NCBI GenBank assembly: GCA_008632985.1
Contig: QPGO01000025.1
Coordinates: forward strand, 1 to 64,000
DNA: 64,000 bases
Direction of reading: 5' to 3'
Origin: Psammoneis japonica
Lineage: Eukaryota
Both the position numbers and the translations under genes were made by a program. Below are positions 47,822-59,700 of this stretch, one piece after another. The notes beneath the pieces were generated by a model. It did not search any database. It was not told the DNA's origin and worked only from the letters and a program-made list of their open reading frames with translations. The stretch's first letter is position 1. Each line of letters starts with the position of its first letter.

Positions 47822-49276
47822 ATGGGCTTTCCTCTTGCGCTCTTTTCAGAAGAACCAGATGACGAATGGATCTGTGCCATTTGTCACGAGGTTCTGGAAT
47901 GCTCAGTTGCGACGCCGTGTGGCCATTCGTTTTGTTGTTCTTGTTTACAACAGTGTGTGGATGAAAAGGACGAATGCCCCACCTGCCGGACCGCTCGTGT
48001 AGACACACACTATGTTCTGGAGCGAAACTTTCAGGCACATGTGCTCAAGTCCAATGTGAAATGTGGCTTGGTGAACAAGGAAGAACCTTCTGCGGGTCGC
48101 CGAAAGCTCAACGACGGATCAGCAGCAGCGGCAGAAGAAGCGGGGTGTGGATGGACGGGAAAGCTGAGCGATTGGGAGCAGCACTGTAAAGAAGAGTGTG
48201 AGTTCTCCGTTGTTGGATGCTCGGTGGAAGGATGCAGGCATCGCTGTCCTCGCAAACTTTTGTCGACACACATGGCTAATGACATGGCACATCATATGGA
48301 GCTTGTGGTTCTCGCCAAAACCCGGGGGCTACAAAGGGAGTTCAACAAGAAGCTAAACGAGAAGACCAAAAAGCTGGAAAAGGAATTCGACAGAAAGCTA
48401 AACGAGAAGACCAAAAAGCTGGAAAAGGAATTTGACAGAAAGCTAAACGAGAAGACCAAAAAGCTGGAAAATGAACCGCGCAGTCACGGGGAAGTCTTGG
48501 AGCGACGACTGGCTGACTCATATTGCCAACAATTCTGTCAGCAATGGATGAGACACAAACCGGATGCACTCTTTGATTTCCGTGTTTACGGCCACCGGAG
48601 ATGTGTAACCCGTGTACATCATCCCGAGCAAAATCCTGATGACTTGGAGAATGCCACATCCCTTTTATTTGGAATTCCAGGTCCCGCTAACACGCCTTGG
48701 GAAGGTGGGTTGTTTCCTTTGGTCATGGATTGGCCTTCTATAGATGAGCCCCCAAGATTCAAGTATCCGGAAGGGTTTCACCATGTTAATGTTTACCCCT
48801 CTGGCACGGTGTGCGTTAGCACTCTGATTCCCTTGGCAGGATGGAAGACTGATTTCTCGCTTCCCGAAATGTTGTTTTCAATCCAAGCTCACTTGGCGCA
48901 CCCGAACGCGAACTCGCCTTCCCAAACAGAGGCTTACCACGTCTATATCAACGACATTGAAAAGTACAATTCAAAAGCGAAATTGCTTGTTAACAAGTAT
49001 CCCGCATCTGCCTCTTCGAAAGACTTTTTGGCCGCAGCGCGCACGGCATTTGGTCCAGAACGCATTCCTCCAACCCTGTCTCTCATTGACGACGAGGACG
49101 GAAGGTGGACCGAAGAAGGCGCCTTTCATCCTGGGCAGAAAATCATCCCGGTCTCTAGACCACCTACACCAAAAGCCAAAAATGGTACTACATGCGATTG
49201 TTCTTGTTGCGCCTGGGGGTCAACCTTTTGGGACAGTCGTAGAGAAATGCGCTTCATATTTGGTGAGGGCGGTTGA
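47822..49276 (+). CDS. RING + TRAF-type zinc finger + coiled coil + UBC (Ubc9-like) fusion protein
   Basis: CAIC..PCGHSFCCSC..CPTC; CGWTGKLSDWEQHCKEEC; TPWEGGLF..HVNVYPSGTVC..PSQTEAY. Confidence 0.85.
   Translation: MGFPLALFSEEPDDEWICAICHEVLECSVATPCGHSFCCSCLQQCVDEKDECPTCRTARVDTHYVLERNFQAHVLKSNVKCGLVNKEEPSAGRRKLNDGSAAAAEEAGCGWTGKLSDWEQHCKEECEFSVVGCSVEGCRHRCPRKLLSTHMANDMAHHMELVVLAKTRGLQREFNKKLNEKTKKLEKEFDRKLNEKTKKLEKEFDRKLNEKTKKLENEPRSHGEVLERRLADSYCQQFCQQWMRHKPDALFDFRVYGHRRCVTRVHHPEQNPDDLENATSLLFGIPGPANTPWEGGLFPLVMDWPSIDEPPRFKYPEGFHHVNVYPSGTVCVSTLIPLAGWKTDFSLPEMLFSIQAHLAHPNANSPSQTEAYHVYINDIEKYNSKAKLLVNKYPASASSKDFLAAARTAFGPERIPPTLSLIDDEDGRWTEEGAFHPGQKIIPVSRPPTPKAKNGTTCDCSCCAWGSTFWDSRREMRFIFGEGG
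48338..48470 (+). repeat. In-frame 45-bp tandem repeat, three copies (EFDRKLNEKTKKLEK)
   Basis: aagctaaacgagaagaccaaaaagctggaaa repeated at a 45-bp period. Confidence 0.95.
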
Positions 49277-49846
49277 TTGTGAAAACGAGGATAGTAGTCG
49301 TAGCTTTCTGTTTCACGTTCATGTACCGATTCTATGTTGTAAGAAGGGTAGAAAACAACTCGTCGAAGTCTCTACGTATGGAAAGAGCTTGGAGATATGG
49401 CATGTACACGATACTTTAGTTCGATGAAGTAGACACCTAAAAAATGTTATGTACCCGTGAACTCCGCACATCGGCAACTTAAACTGAAACTAGCCACTGC
49501 TGCGGGATAATGGTTGGCGCACGCAGATACGTTTTGTTTTCCATTTCAAAAGAATGATTTCGTGGAAGCTCCAACTGACGATTCAATGTGGCCAAGAGAA
49601 AAGCCCCGAGAACCGCTCTCCTGGAAAAAGCCGTTGCATCGACGAGGCCCACTAACTATTGTGGCCGCGAATGCACTTTGAACGTGCCACGGACTGCCCT
49701 ACAAGAGCAAGATCGTATGTAGTCCCATTCTCTCGAAGATTCAAATGGCGACAGCAGCCACCTTAGGGCCCTGTCATATCGCTTACTTCAGATGAACTGC
49801 TGGGAGTTTGCTCTATTACAAATATTTCTACTGCATGTTACTTAAA

Positions 49847-52589
49847 TTAGACCGAGACAACCCGAGGCCGAAAAATCGAGCTTGAAAAGGATTGAGAAGT
49901 TCCTGTGGTCGAGACACTCCTGTCGTCCCGTTGTCGTGAATCGCAGCGGTCTTTTCCGTGCGAGGATGAACCCTTGCGAGACTTATCATCCATTTTCTCC
50001 AGCCTATCCAAAACTGAGCTCTTTGATTTCGTTTCATCGTGCAGCATCTGCTTCAGGTGCTCGCGCTTCTTTCTGGCTTGTGCCAAAGTATGTTTCTTCT
50101 TTACAATTTCCCTCTCTTTGGTTACTCCCGTCTCCTCTGCAAGTTCTGTGAACCATCTTCTTAGCGTGTTTGAGGTTCGAGAAGTAACGCTCTGAACCAT
50201 ACTGTCATCATCGGTTTCGTCCTCTTCATCTCCAAATAATATCGAGTTCGCAACGGACTGGTAGGTTGAGCTAGCAGAAGTAGAGACAGATGATTCGTCG
50301 TCGAAAAAGGTGGTACACCGCGATGAAGACGAGCCATCGCCAATTGCATACAATTGTTTCTCGTGTTGTCCGACATGGCCCTGTGGATGGACTGCCTTGT
50401 ACAGGCTTCTGGCAGATTTCATGCTATGATCAATTTCTTTCTGCTCTCGTTCCATCTCTTTCACCATTTCTTTTTCCTCCCGGAGCATATTGATTGCCTC
50501 TTCTGCTGTATACATGGTCTGCAGCGAAAAGTATCTTTCAGCCCAATATGTGTCCATGGTAGAGACTGACGCTTCAGACTCGAAATCCCCAAGCAGGCTT
50601 TCTTCAACTCCAGAGTTCCGGCGGTCATGTATGGAAGAGTCGTCCGAAAAGTCAACGGAAATGTGACTGCCACGACTGCTGCGTCTTTGTGGCCGATGAG
50701 ATGACGTCTCCTCACCGCGGTAATTCTTCAGTGCCACTGCAGTTGTCCGCTTCTCGGGGCGTTGCTTTGTGGGCGATTTGCGACTGTGTCTACTTGAAGA
50801 TTCTGGGTCGCCTGGTTTGCGACTGTGCCTGCTACTTGAAGATTCTGGGTCGCTTGGTCTCCTTCGGCTCTTTCGTTTGGATGTTTTAAGAGACTGATCC
50901 TCTGATTCATCGACAGTTTGTCGGCTCCGACGTGACGAGGTGGTGGCGACAGACTTGGAGCTTCCTGGAATCCTCCGTTTGAGAGAGGCATCCTCCAGCG
51001 CATTCAGAGAGCGTTCCTTTCGACGTCGCCTTGACTTTTTGGGCTTTGAAAGCGATTTCATTAACACTTCATCAATAATTCGCCGGCTCGGAGGTGATGA
51101 ATCTGGCGTAACCGACGGGAGGTTACTTGGATTTCCTATTTCACCTGTTACGTCCTGCAACGCAAGCATCGTACGTTCCCTCTGTACACGATGCGACCTT
51201 TCTGATTCTGAAAGAGTCTGATTCAAAGATTCACTGACTATTCGGCGGCTCAATCGCGCTGTCGCTGTCGCCGTCGCAAGAGTTTGGTGAACATCAGTTA
51301 CGTCTGTGATGGTCGAACAATCATCCTTCTGTACCTTCGCGGTGCGGTCGTTTCGGCGACGATGCCTCCTTTCGGCTTCTACAACATGCTGTTTTTCAGA
51401 TTCGTTGGAAACTGGGTGACGGCTTGACATAGATGACTCTGTAGCGACCGTTTGACACCTATCACGATTTCTCACTCTGGGAGTAGCGTCCTCGGACTCG
51501 TTCTCAGCGCGCTCTCTTCGACGACGATGCGATGTGGGATTATTGGACCACTGCGCCACTCGTCACCAAAAGAGCTCCGTAGAGGTGTGATCGTTTGTAA
51601 TTTATTCAGTGGAACTGCTGAGTTAGCAGTGATGCGCGAGGTGCGCGCAGAATCATCGGAATTGTGGATATTCTCACACTCCCCGGCGGACGGATCACGG
51701 ATGGATGTTCAAGGTGAAGGAACTGGAGTGGTCTGGACGTAACTGAGTCTTGAAGATGATTCGATGTAAGCGTGTGTGCTTGATGTGGTGCGTGCCACGT
51801 GATGTCAGCGTTGTGACGTTTGACGTTCTGAATGTTGTCTTGTTGAAGATTGAGCTCTTCCCCGCGGTGCAGACATGCGTGCGAGTAGGGAAGGATCAGC
51901 TTTCCGAGGTGAGCGAGCGTGCTGAAGGATCTGAAAGTTGGGAATCGAACCCTTGGCCTCCAACGTTATATTGCAACCAAGTGGGATTATTGGACCACTG
52001 CGCCACTCGTCACCAAAAGAGCTCCCCGTAGAGGGGTGTTGATCGTTTTGTAATTTATTCAGTGGAACTGCTGAGTTAGCAGTGATGCGCGAGGTGCGCG
52101 CAGAATCATCGGAATTGTGGATATTCTCACATGCGACCTTTCTGATTTTGTAAGAGAGCGCCCTCTGCTTTCACTAGAAGTACCATGTTTTGTCGAAGCA
52201 AAAGCCGAACGCACAGAACGAACTGAACGCACGGAACGACCGTCACTTTCTCTTCTACTCCGGCGGCTTGTGAGCGAGGCTTCATCTCCGTTTCGACTCT
52301 GAGAAGACCTTTTCTTCTTCGTCCTTTTATGTTGAGATCTACGATGCAGCTCCTTCCTCTCTGTTTCCCTTCTCTGCAACCATTCCTTACTAGTTGACAT
52401 ATAAGCCGAGGTAGAACCGGATTCGACATCTTTTATACGGTTCTGGTCGAATTCTCTGGTGCTGCCGCTTTTTCGGTGATACTGTAGTTGCTGAAGCTGC
52501 TGTAGCTTGTGCGTTTTCGCTTGTTTTTCGCGAAGGCTGCGCAGTCTTTGCCTTAAAACTCGGAGATCTTCGTTCGATTGTTCGGCCAT
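49847..52589 (-). CDS. Ser/Arg-rich coiled-coil hypothetical protein interrupted by a TRIM; paralog of 53262-54800
   Basis: Removing 51533-52131 plus one target duplication gives one 713-codon ORF (..SERSH-RRRRERAE..); shares LRQRLR, ISVDFS and YWxERYF motifs with its neighbour. Confidence 0.85.
51533..52131 (-). mobile_element. Young miniature LTR element (TRIM-like): LTRs 52131-51981 and 51678-51533, 5-bp target duplication TGCGA
   Basis: TG..CA ends; PBS-like TGGTTGCA after the 5' LTR; GGGGAG before the 3' LTR; LTRs differ only in homopolymer lengths and the last base. Confidence 0.92.
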
Positions 52590-53261
52590 ACTACAAGAGT
52601 TGCAGCAGAGTTCGTGTGAAATGTGTGCTCTTTTTACGAGTTGAGTATTTGAGTATGGTCTTGAGTGGCGTGTGACGACAGTTCGACGATTTTGTTGACG
52701 GGGTTGAAGAGATGAGAAAGTGCAAAGATGAAGCGAACACGAAGGTGGTGCAAGTTTGATCCGATTTCAAAAGTTCTCCCAAGTACCTTCTTTAATTAAT
52801 ACATATTCAGACCCGAGGCTTATAGAAATGAAACGGGAACAGTGGGCCGAACCCTCTCCATTCATTGCAATTCAGTGCGATTTATTTTGGTGCCGTTGCG
52901 ACATTTCTGTAAGTTGGCTCGAGAACCGAAAACTGAGAAACAGACACGCGAGACACATCAGCCAATGCCGATTTCAAATTTGAATGCCACTCCCACAAAC
53001 TCTTTCTTCTACTTTGTCGGAGGAGGAAAAAGTGAACAGTTTGGTACTACGGTAGATGTTGCACACCAAAAGCTGCGGATGAATCAATCTCTAGAGTAGC
53101 TATTCCTAGAGTTGGCCTTCATACGGTAACAGAACACACTAGAATCATCTAAAACGTGCACGTCTTACCGTAGAGGTACGAGGGAGGGGTGGATACAGAA
53201 CTACCACACTGACAGCCGCTAGCAGTAACGTGTCAACAACCGAAACTCTCAGTCTCGTTAC

Positions 53262-54800
53262 CTACCTACCGGTGGACAAAAGGCTTGCCTCACCGAGGAT
53301 CTTTGGATGAAAAATCGCGCTCACAAAGGACCGAGAAGTCCCCATTGTCGACACACTCTCGTCGTCCCATCCGGCTTGAGAATCAGCACAACTATCCAAG
53401 AGAGAGTCATTATCGTGAGGTACTCCCTCCATTTTCTCAAGCTTATGCAGCAGTCTCGCATTCTGTTCGGTTCGTTTCGCCAACTTTTTGCGGAGCACGT
53501 CGCGTTCCTTTTTCGCTTGAGCCAGATTCCGCCGCATCTTTAGCTGTTCACGCTCAGTTTCTGTGCCTACTTCGTTTTGGAGGTTGGGGAACCATTTGTT
53601 TACAGCACTCGAAATACCTGAAGTCACACTCCTCCCTGTAGTGCTGGCCGCATCATCGCCATCATGAACTGACGGCTTTGAGAACATTGAGCCTACAATG
53701 GAACTGGCATACGTAGAGACACTTCTATCATCCCACGTGGCTTGCGATGCCGTCTCATCATCATTTCCATAAGGGTCTTTCTCTAGACGCTTCGAATTCT
53801 CCTTGCCCAGCATGTGCCGTTTGGAGAGGCTCTTCTTTAGAAGAGTTCGCTGCTGCTTTGCCTCTTCCATGTCCCTTTCCAACTCCCTCTTTTCTGCCTC
53901 CAGCAATCTCATCATTTCTTTTTCTTCCCGAAGCATCTCGAGGGCTTCTTCTGCTGTGTACTCAGACTGGAGCTGGAAGTAGCGTTCGCCCCAATATGTT
54001 TCAATAGAGGCATCATCGTTGAAGAGCGAATCATTGTCGTCAAGATGGCTTTCTTGGTTTCCACAAGACAACTCGCCAGAGACATTTCGTCTGCCAGCAT
54101 GAGAGGAGAGCGAAGGTACTTCAGAGAAATCCACAGAAATGTGGTTGAGACGTTTTGTAGGCTTTGGTTTTTCATAAGTTTTGCACTTGCTTCCCTCGTC
54201 AGACGAGGGCTTTTTCGAGCGCTCTTTGGAGTTCTTCTTGGAGCTGCGACTACGTCGCTTGTCTTTGCTATGTGATTTCTTAGTCTGCTTGAGAGAGAAT
54301 TCCTCAGAGTCATCAATGGTCTGGTGGCTTCGACGTGACTTCTTTGGAACATATGGTTGATCTGCAACGTCGATATTTTTGTAGCTGGAACGCCGAGGCT
54401 TGGGCGGTGACACCTCGGACTCGTCAACGTCATGGAGGTTGTGACATCGGAAAGATCCATGTTCAGACTTAGAAAGGGAGCGGTTACTGCCAAGGTCCGT
54501 TGTTTGAAGCCCGGAGGAACGCTGGGATTGGCTGTCGCTGGACCGCCTTGCTGGTTTCTTTCTTGATCTACGGCTTCGCTCTTCTCGCTTCTTTTCTCTC
54601 CTCTGTACCCACTCTTTAGCTGCGGCGAAATCAGAAGAAGGCGCTGCCGATGCCTCGCTGCTATTCTTCTTCACCTCTGCGTGATCGGTCTTCTTCAAAG
54701 CCGGTTTCTTGACTTGCTTTCGACGAAGCTTTCGAAGCCTCTGTCTCAAGCTTCGGAGCTCATCACTTGGCTGCTCGTTCGTTACTTCCTCAGCGGCCAT
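53262..54800 (-). CDS. Ser/Arg/Lys-rich coiled-coil hypothetical protein (tandem paralog)
   Basis: Intact ORF of about 512 aa; YWGERYFQLQSEYTAEEALEMLREEKEM matches the neighbour. Confidence 0.8.
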   Translation of the reverse strand: MAAEEVTNEQPSDELRSLRQRLRKLRRKQVKKPALKKTDHAEVKKNSSEASAAPSSDFAAAKEWVQRREKKREERSRRSRKKPARRSSDSQSQRSSGLQTTDLGSNRSLSKSEHGSFRCHNLHDVDESEVSPPKPRRSSYKNIDVADQPYVPKKSRRSHQTIDDSEEFSLKQTKKSHSKDKRRSRSSKKNSKERSKKPSSDEGSKCKTYEKPKPTKRLNHISVDFSEVPSLSSHAGRRNVSGELSCGNQESHLDDNDSLFNDDASIETYWGERYFQLQSEYTAEEALEMLREEKEMMRLLEAEKRELERDMEEAKQQRTLLKKSLSKRHMLGKENSKRLEKDPYGNDDETASQATWDDRSVSTYASSIVGSMFSKPSVHDGDDAASTTGRSVTSGISSAVNKWFPNLQNEVGTETEREQLKMRRNLAQAKKERDVLRKKLAKRTEQNARLLHKLEKMEGVPHDNDSLLDSCADSQAGWDDESVSTMGTSRSFVSAIFHPKILGEASLLSTGR

Positions 54801-55357
54801 TTGCGGCAGCCTTAGACAGGATACGGTAGTGCGGCAATACAGAGGAGGATCTGTTGTACCGTTACAATGAATAGCAGGGCTTTGCAATGCCCCCTCAGAC
54901 AATCTCACCCGTCATTACTCTTGGCAACGACATGCCCAACCAGCAACCAGACGCACTTGAGTTTTCCTGAGTTTTTCCTCATACTTCAGAATGACTCGTC
55001 AGTCCTGTATTGGGATCAATGACCTTTCTCGTGAATTGACTTTTGTCTTTCGTATGGTTTCACAGTCATCGTTTCCTAAGTGACTAGAAAGGTAGCATTG
55101 ATATTGGGCTTATACTGAGATTCTCTACCGAAAACCACGACTCGTCAAAATGACTGGCATAACGTAGATTGGAAAGACTTTCGAAAGTCAAAATTGTCTT
55201 TTCAAGTCATATGACCGTCTTAATCCGTTCGGGAGGTGTGAACGAAGTGTCATGCTCACGTTTTCCTCGAGATTTATGCCGACCTCCCCATCAGTGTTTC
55301 AACAAAAGACGTGCACAAATTACCGAAACAAGAGTAAGGAGGCTCAAAATTTCAGCC

Positions 55358-56152
55358 ATGGATGCATCCACCGACTATGGCGCTCTCCGTCTTGATTACT
55401 ACAGAATCGCCGCGGAATTGAACAACATTGGCGTTTGTCTCTTGGAGTCAAAAGCGTACAAACCGGCTATTGACACGTTGAAAGGGAGCTTGGAAGTAAT
55501 GAAACGCGTTGTTCGTCCGGCGTATTGTGGTGCTGAATCAGTCTTCAGTAATCAGGCTGTTTATTATATCGTAAACGCAAGAAAGCGATTGGCGCAACTG
55601 GAAAGCAATGGCACTATCGCAACCGCTTCGATTCTCTACAGTAGAGGCGAGGGATTTCAAGTGAAAACTGGAACGGTGGACGGATCGGGTGCTGACGAGA
55701 GCCCTCCCATGACGGGGAACCCTATCCTGATTGACGCCTCTTTAGAAATGGAGGGTACACATCTGAACCCAGATTTGGAATCCGCAATATTGTTTCACAA
55801 TTTGGCTCTTGCCGAGTTGCAAGCAATGAGTTCTCGTTCGAACCAAAGTATCTTTCTGCAAGGTGCACTGGACCTGTTCGAGATGGCCTACTCCATTACT
55901 CTTCTGGAAGCAGATTCGCTTTTAGAGATGACTCTCGAAGAAATCCAGGACCTCGGGGCAACAAGAGTGTTTCTGGCTATCGTCTTGGTAAACAACATAA
56001 TTCGGGTAAAGGAATCGCTCGGGAAACACGGGGATGCGCACGTGTCCTGTCGGCATCTTGTTCGGCTTGAGCTAGCAGTGATGAATAACAACCAAGATCA
56101 TGACATGGAGGAGGAGTATGTTGAAGTTTCTGTTTCTGCGCCTGCTGCATGA
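55358..56152 (+). CDS. Hypothetical helical (TPR-like) protein
   Basis: LNNIGVCLL, SAILFHNLALA; C-terminal APAA. Confidence 0.7.
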   Translation: MDASTDYGALRLDYYRIAAELNNIGVCLLESKAYKPAIDTLKGSLEVMKRVVRPAYCGAESVFSNQAVYYIVNARKRLAQLESNGTIATASILYSRGEGFQVKTGTVDGSGADESPPMTGNPILIDASLEMEGTHLNPDLESAILFHNLALAELQAMSSRSNQSIFLQGALDLFEMAYSITLLEADSLLEMTLEEIQDLGATRVFLAIVLVNNIIRVKESLGKHGDAHVSCRHLVRLELAVMNNNQDHDMEEEYVEVSVSAPAA

Positions 56153-56789
56153 CAGTAATGGGAAAAGGTTGGTTCTATTGGGACGTGATCGCTGTGCAAC
56201 AATGCAAGTGCTTTACACTAAATTTAGGATCATTTTGCACTAGTCTAAACGCTTTCATTGAAGCTCTTGATGGAAACGGTTGCACCTGACTGTCACTAGG
56301 GCCCTACTACAAAATCTTCCTGACATCGAATGACCAGAACAGCGTTTTGGCAAGATACAGCTTTCAGTAGGACACCTCAACCGCGACCTCAAGCGGTGGG
56401 TTAGATAAAGGATGGGTTGACTTCATTCAAAATTTCAGTTTTTGGTCTGACAATTTTGTTTAGGAGTCGATAAAACTGTTATGGGCGTACCAATGCCGAG
56501 CGTCCAATTGGAATGACCGTACATTGATAAAGCTCTAGCAACGAATTGTTTATAAATGCGTCAATCGGCACGGTGGATTTTTTAGTCGTGTCCAGCGTGA
56601 ATGTAATATTGTGCCTTGAAAAGATGAATGATTTCGTATGTATCATACCAACAGCGGCCTAAGAACTTTTTTCGCATTTAGAGAAATAGAGCAATGTCAT
56701 CCTCTCTCTGAACCATAGGAGTCAACAACGGATGAATTTAAGACATTGAACATGAATAAAAGTAATGAAGCTTCAACGTCTATTCCCTC

Positions 56790-59700
56790 CGATGGTGACC
56801 AAAAATTTGGCAATCTGCAGCAAGTTCAGCCCCGTCCACCCCAGCCATTTTTTGACTCTCATCCATCGTGTGCACAACAGGGGCCAGCTGGCAGCAGCAG
56901 CCATGCTCTGTGTGTTTTGCACACCCCATGCTTGCTGGGAGACACCTCAGAGGTGGCTCCGCTTTTGCGCTCCTCTTCTTCCTCCACGAGCTCCCCCAAG
57001 CCCAGAGGGGCAGAGTTTGGCCCGCGCTGCTGTGTTTCTTGAAAGTCTCTTTTCCTTTTCTTCGCTGGGTGCTGCTCTGCTTTGCACTGCATTTTTGGCC
57101 ATCAAGGCAGCCAGAGAGCTTTTTTCATTCCTCCTTCTCTTTCAAAACTTGTTTTTTGTGCCACCGCCAGCTGCCACTCTTTTTGTGGCGGAGCCCAAAG
57201 TGCCTGCCTGCTGCAAAGGGTGGCAAGGAGAGCAAGAAGAAAGTGATGCAGCCAGCCTGTCTGCGCTCTTTTTGTCAGCTGGCAATTTTTCAATGCAGCC
57301 AAGAAGGGACAAGAGAGCCACATCCATGCTGAGAGCAGAAAAGCGGGGCAGAGCCATGTCAGCAGCACGAGAGAAAGCGGGAAAACAAGCACAAAAGAGA
57401 GGCGAGAGAGAAATGAAGTCTCGAGAGGAAGGAGCCGCAGATGAAGGTGGGCAAAGAGGGTGTCAGAAGATGGCTTTTTACCCATTCCACCCTTCCACCA
57501 AGGTCCTCACTTGTGCTGTGTGGCAAGCCGCTCTTTTTGTCACCAACTTCCCCCCTGCAGATGCCAGCACGGCCTGCAGGTGCTGCAACAGTCACTCAGT
57601 CTGATGAGGAGTCCATGAACCGCGTGGGAACATTCTGTGTGCTGCCACACGCGATGCTGCGTGGCCACTTTGGTGGTCCATCATTGAAACACTGGGCCCC
57701 CTCAGTGGTCTGTGCCACTCTGGCTGACAAGTTTGTCCAGACCCCGCCGGTCTTCTTTCCACCCCCCCCCAAAATGCCCTGCCAATGTTGGCGTTCAACT
57801 CATCCCCAGTTCCACACCACCAGAAGCCCCATCCACCCACCAATTTTTGGCCATTGACATCAATGTGCCGACAGCTCTGGCTCCCGCGCCTCCTGTGCAC
57901 CTGGCTTGCCTGCCCCTGAAAAGAACCTGTTGAACAAGGCTCACCTCAGCAGTGCATGGGACAAGCTCCTTAGCTGAGCCTGACAAAATTAAGGCAAGTG
58001 GCAAGAATTCAAACAATGACTCCTTGCTGCTGTCTAAATGGCAGATGAGTCTCCACTCAGAGACCGTCACAGGAGCCGAAAGACGTGCAAGTCGGTGTGA
58101 TGGGCTGCTGTCATCGTTCTTGTGAGCCTTGTGGCTCGAAAGCAAACCACATCATGCGCGAACGCGCGGAACTGAAGCACACAAAACTGTGCACGGCAAA
58201 CTAAACAGCACGCGACATTTCACGCGCACCTGAGTCCTGCTCAAATCCTGTCACTCCCCAGTTTGCTTGAGGAGTCACAGAAACAGATTCGACTTCGGAT
58301 GGAATGAAGTTCCAAAACATGAGGGGATGGAGAAGGTTCCAGATTTGGGAGCAACCCCAATGCTTGCTGAGAATGTCAGCAGGGTTGCGGGAGCCTTCGA
58401 TGAAGTGGAGCTCAAGGCAGCCAGAGGCAATCGCCTCGCGCACACGATGGAATGAGAGAGCGGTGTGTCGCTTGTGCAACTTGGAGTGCAGGATGGTGGC
58501 ACTGTCCACAACTGACTTGTTGTCACCGAACATGCAACTGATGTCACGGATCGGGATGCCGAGGTGACACAGGGTGATGCGCAGGTCAACAATCTGCTCA
58601 ACACAAGTCCTTGCGGCAACAAATTCAGACACCCGCAGGTCGCAGTCTCCACGGTGGCTTGCTTCTTAGAGAACCAATCAGCCGGGCATTTGTTGAGGAA
58701 GTGGAGCATTCCCATGACAGAGCATCCGGTGAGCATGCAATGGTGCAAGTTTGCATTGACGCAGTGGGTGGCAGTGACGAACTTGCCAAGGGGCGGTGGA
58801 GCGTCCTTCGGGATCATCTCTTCTGCTTCGCCGCACACAGAGTGCATCCACTCACAGGCCGGAGCAGGGAGATCCGAATGGTCGGGCTCTTCTGTGCGAA
58901 CGCGGAGAGCGCCGTGTCGCATCTTGGAGAGGTGCCCACAGATGCATTTGGCACGATCCAAGTGGCCTTGACGGGGCGCAGCTCGGAAGCCAGACAGTGA
59001 CATGACGGCCGTGGCAATGTCAATTCGACTGAGAGACACTGCCCATTGGAGGGAGCCAACAAGAGACTGGAGCTGTTGAATGCCATCGGGTTCCAGCAGT
59101 TTGGAAGTGTCCAGTTCGGGGTGGTCACCCTTTTCCAGAGGGGACAGGACGTTGGTGGCAGGTTTCTCCCCAAACAGTCATGTGCAGCTGTCGACCATGC
59201 GTTCGATGCACTTGCGCGGAGACAGACACAAGGTGCCGTCAGGATCCTGGGAGAAGTCGCAGCCTGGGTGGAACTCAATCGGTCCCGCACCCTTGAGCTT
59301 GAACTTGTGCTTCTCCATGAGAGCATCAACGAAAGGCTGAGGATCCTTCATGGCAATGGCGAGGTCATCCACATGAACGGCAACACATTCACAGTGGTCG
59401 CCATTCCTGTGCACCCAAATGTCGGGTTCGGAGCGGCAGGGGAAGAAACCTTCAGCTCGCAGGCAGTCGGCGAAGCACTCGTGCCAGTGGAGGCCGGAGC
59501 TGCGCAGTCCACATGGGGCCTTGTAGATGACAAGAATGTGGCCTTCGAGTTTGCCAAATTCGGGTCCGCGTCATCTGCGCGCCATTCCAACGTTGTTGAT
59601 GCCATCAATCAAGCAGGGCTGCTCCTCTTGCCTCTCCTTTTCACCTTCGACCACCTGGGCAGTGTTGGGGGCACCACTTCCACATCTTCTTCTTTGGCAT

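Noticed and set aside
48338..48470. CRISPR-like array
   Set aside because: Contiguous in-frame coding repeat without spacers, in a eukaryotic gene.
51930..52015. Genuine tRNA genes here and at 35245-35315
   Set aside because: A/B boxes are present but no complete cloverleaf could be drawn, and both lie inside LTR-bounded insertions.
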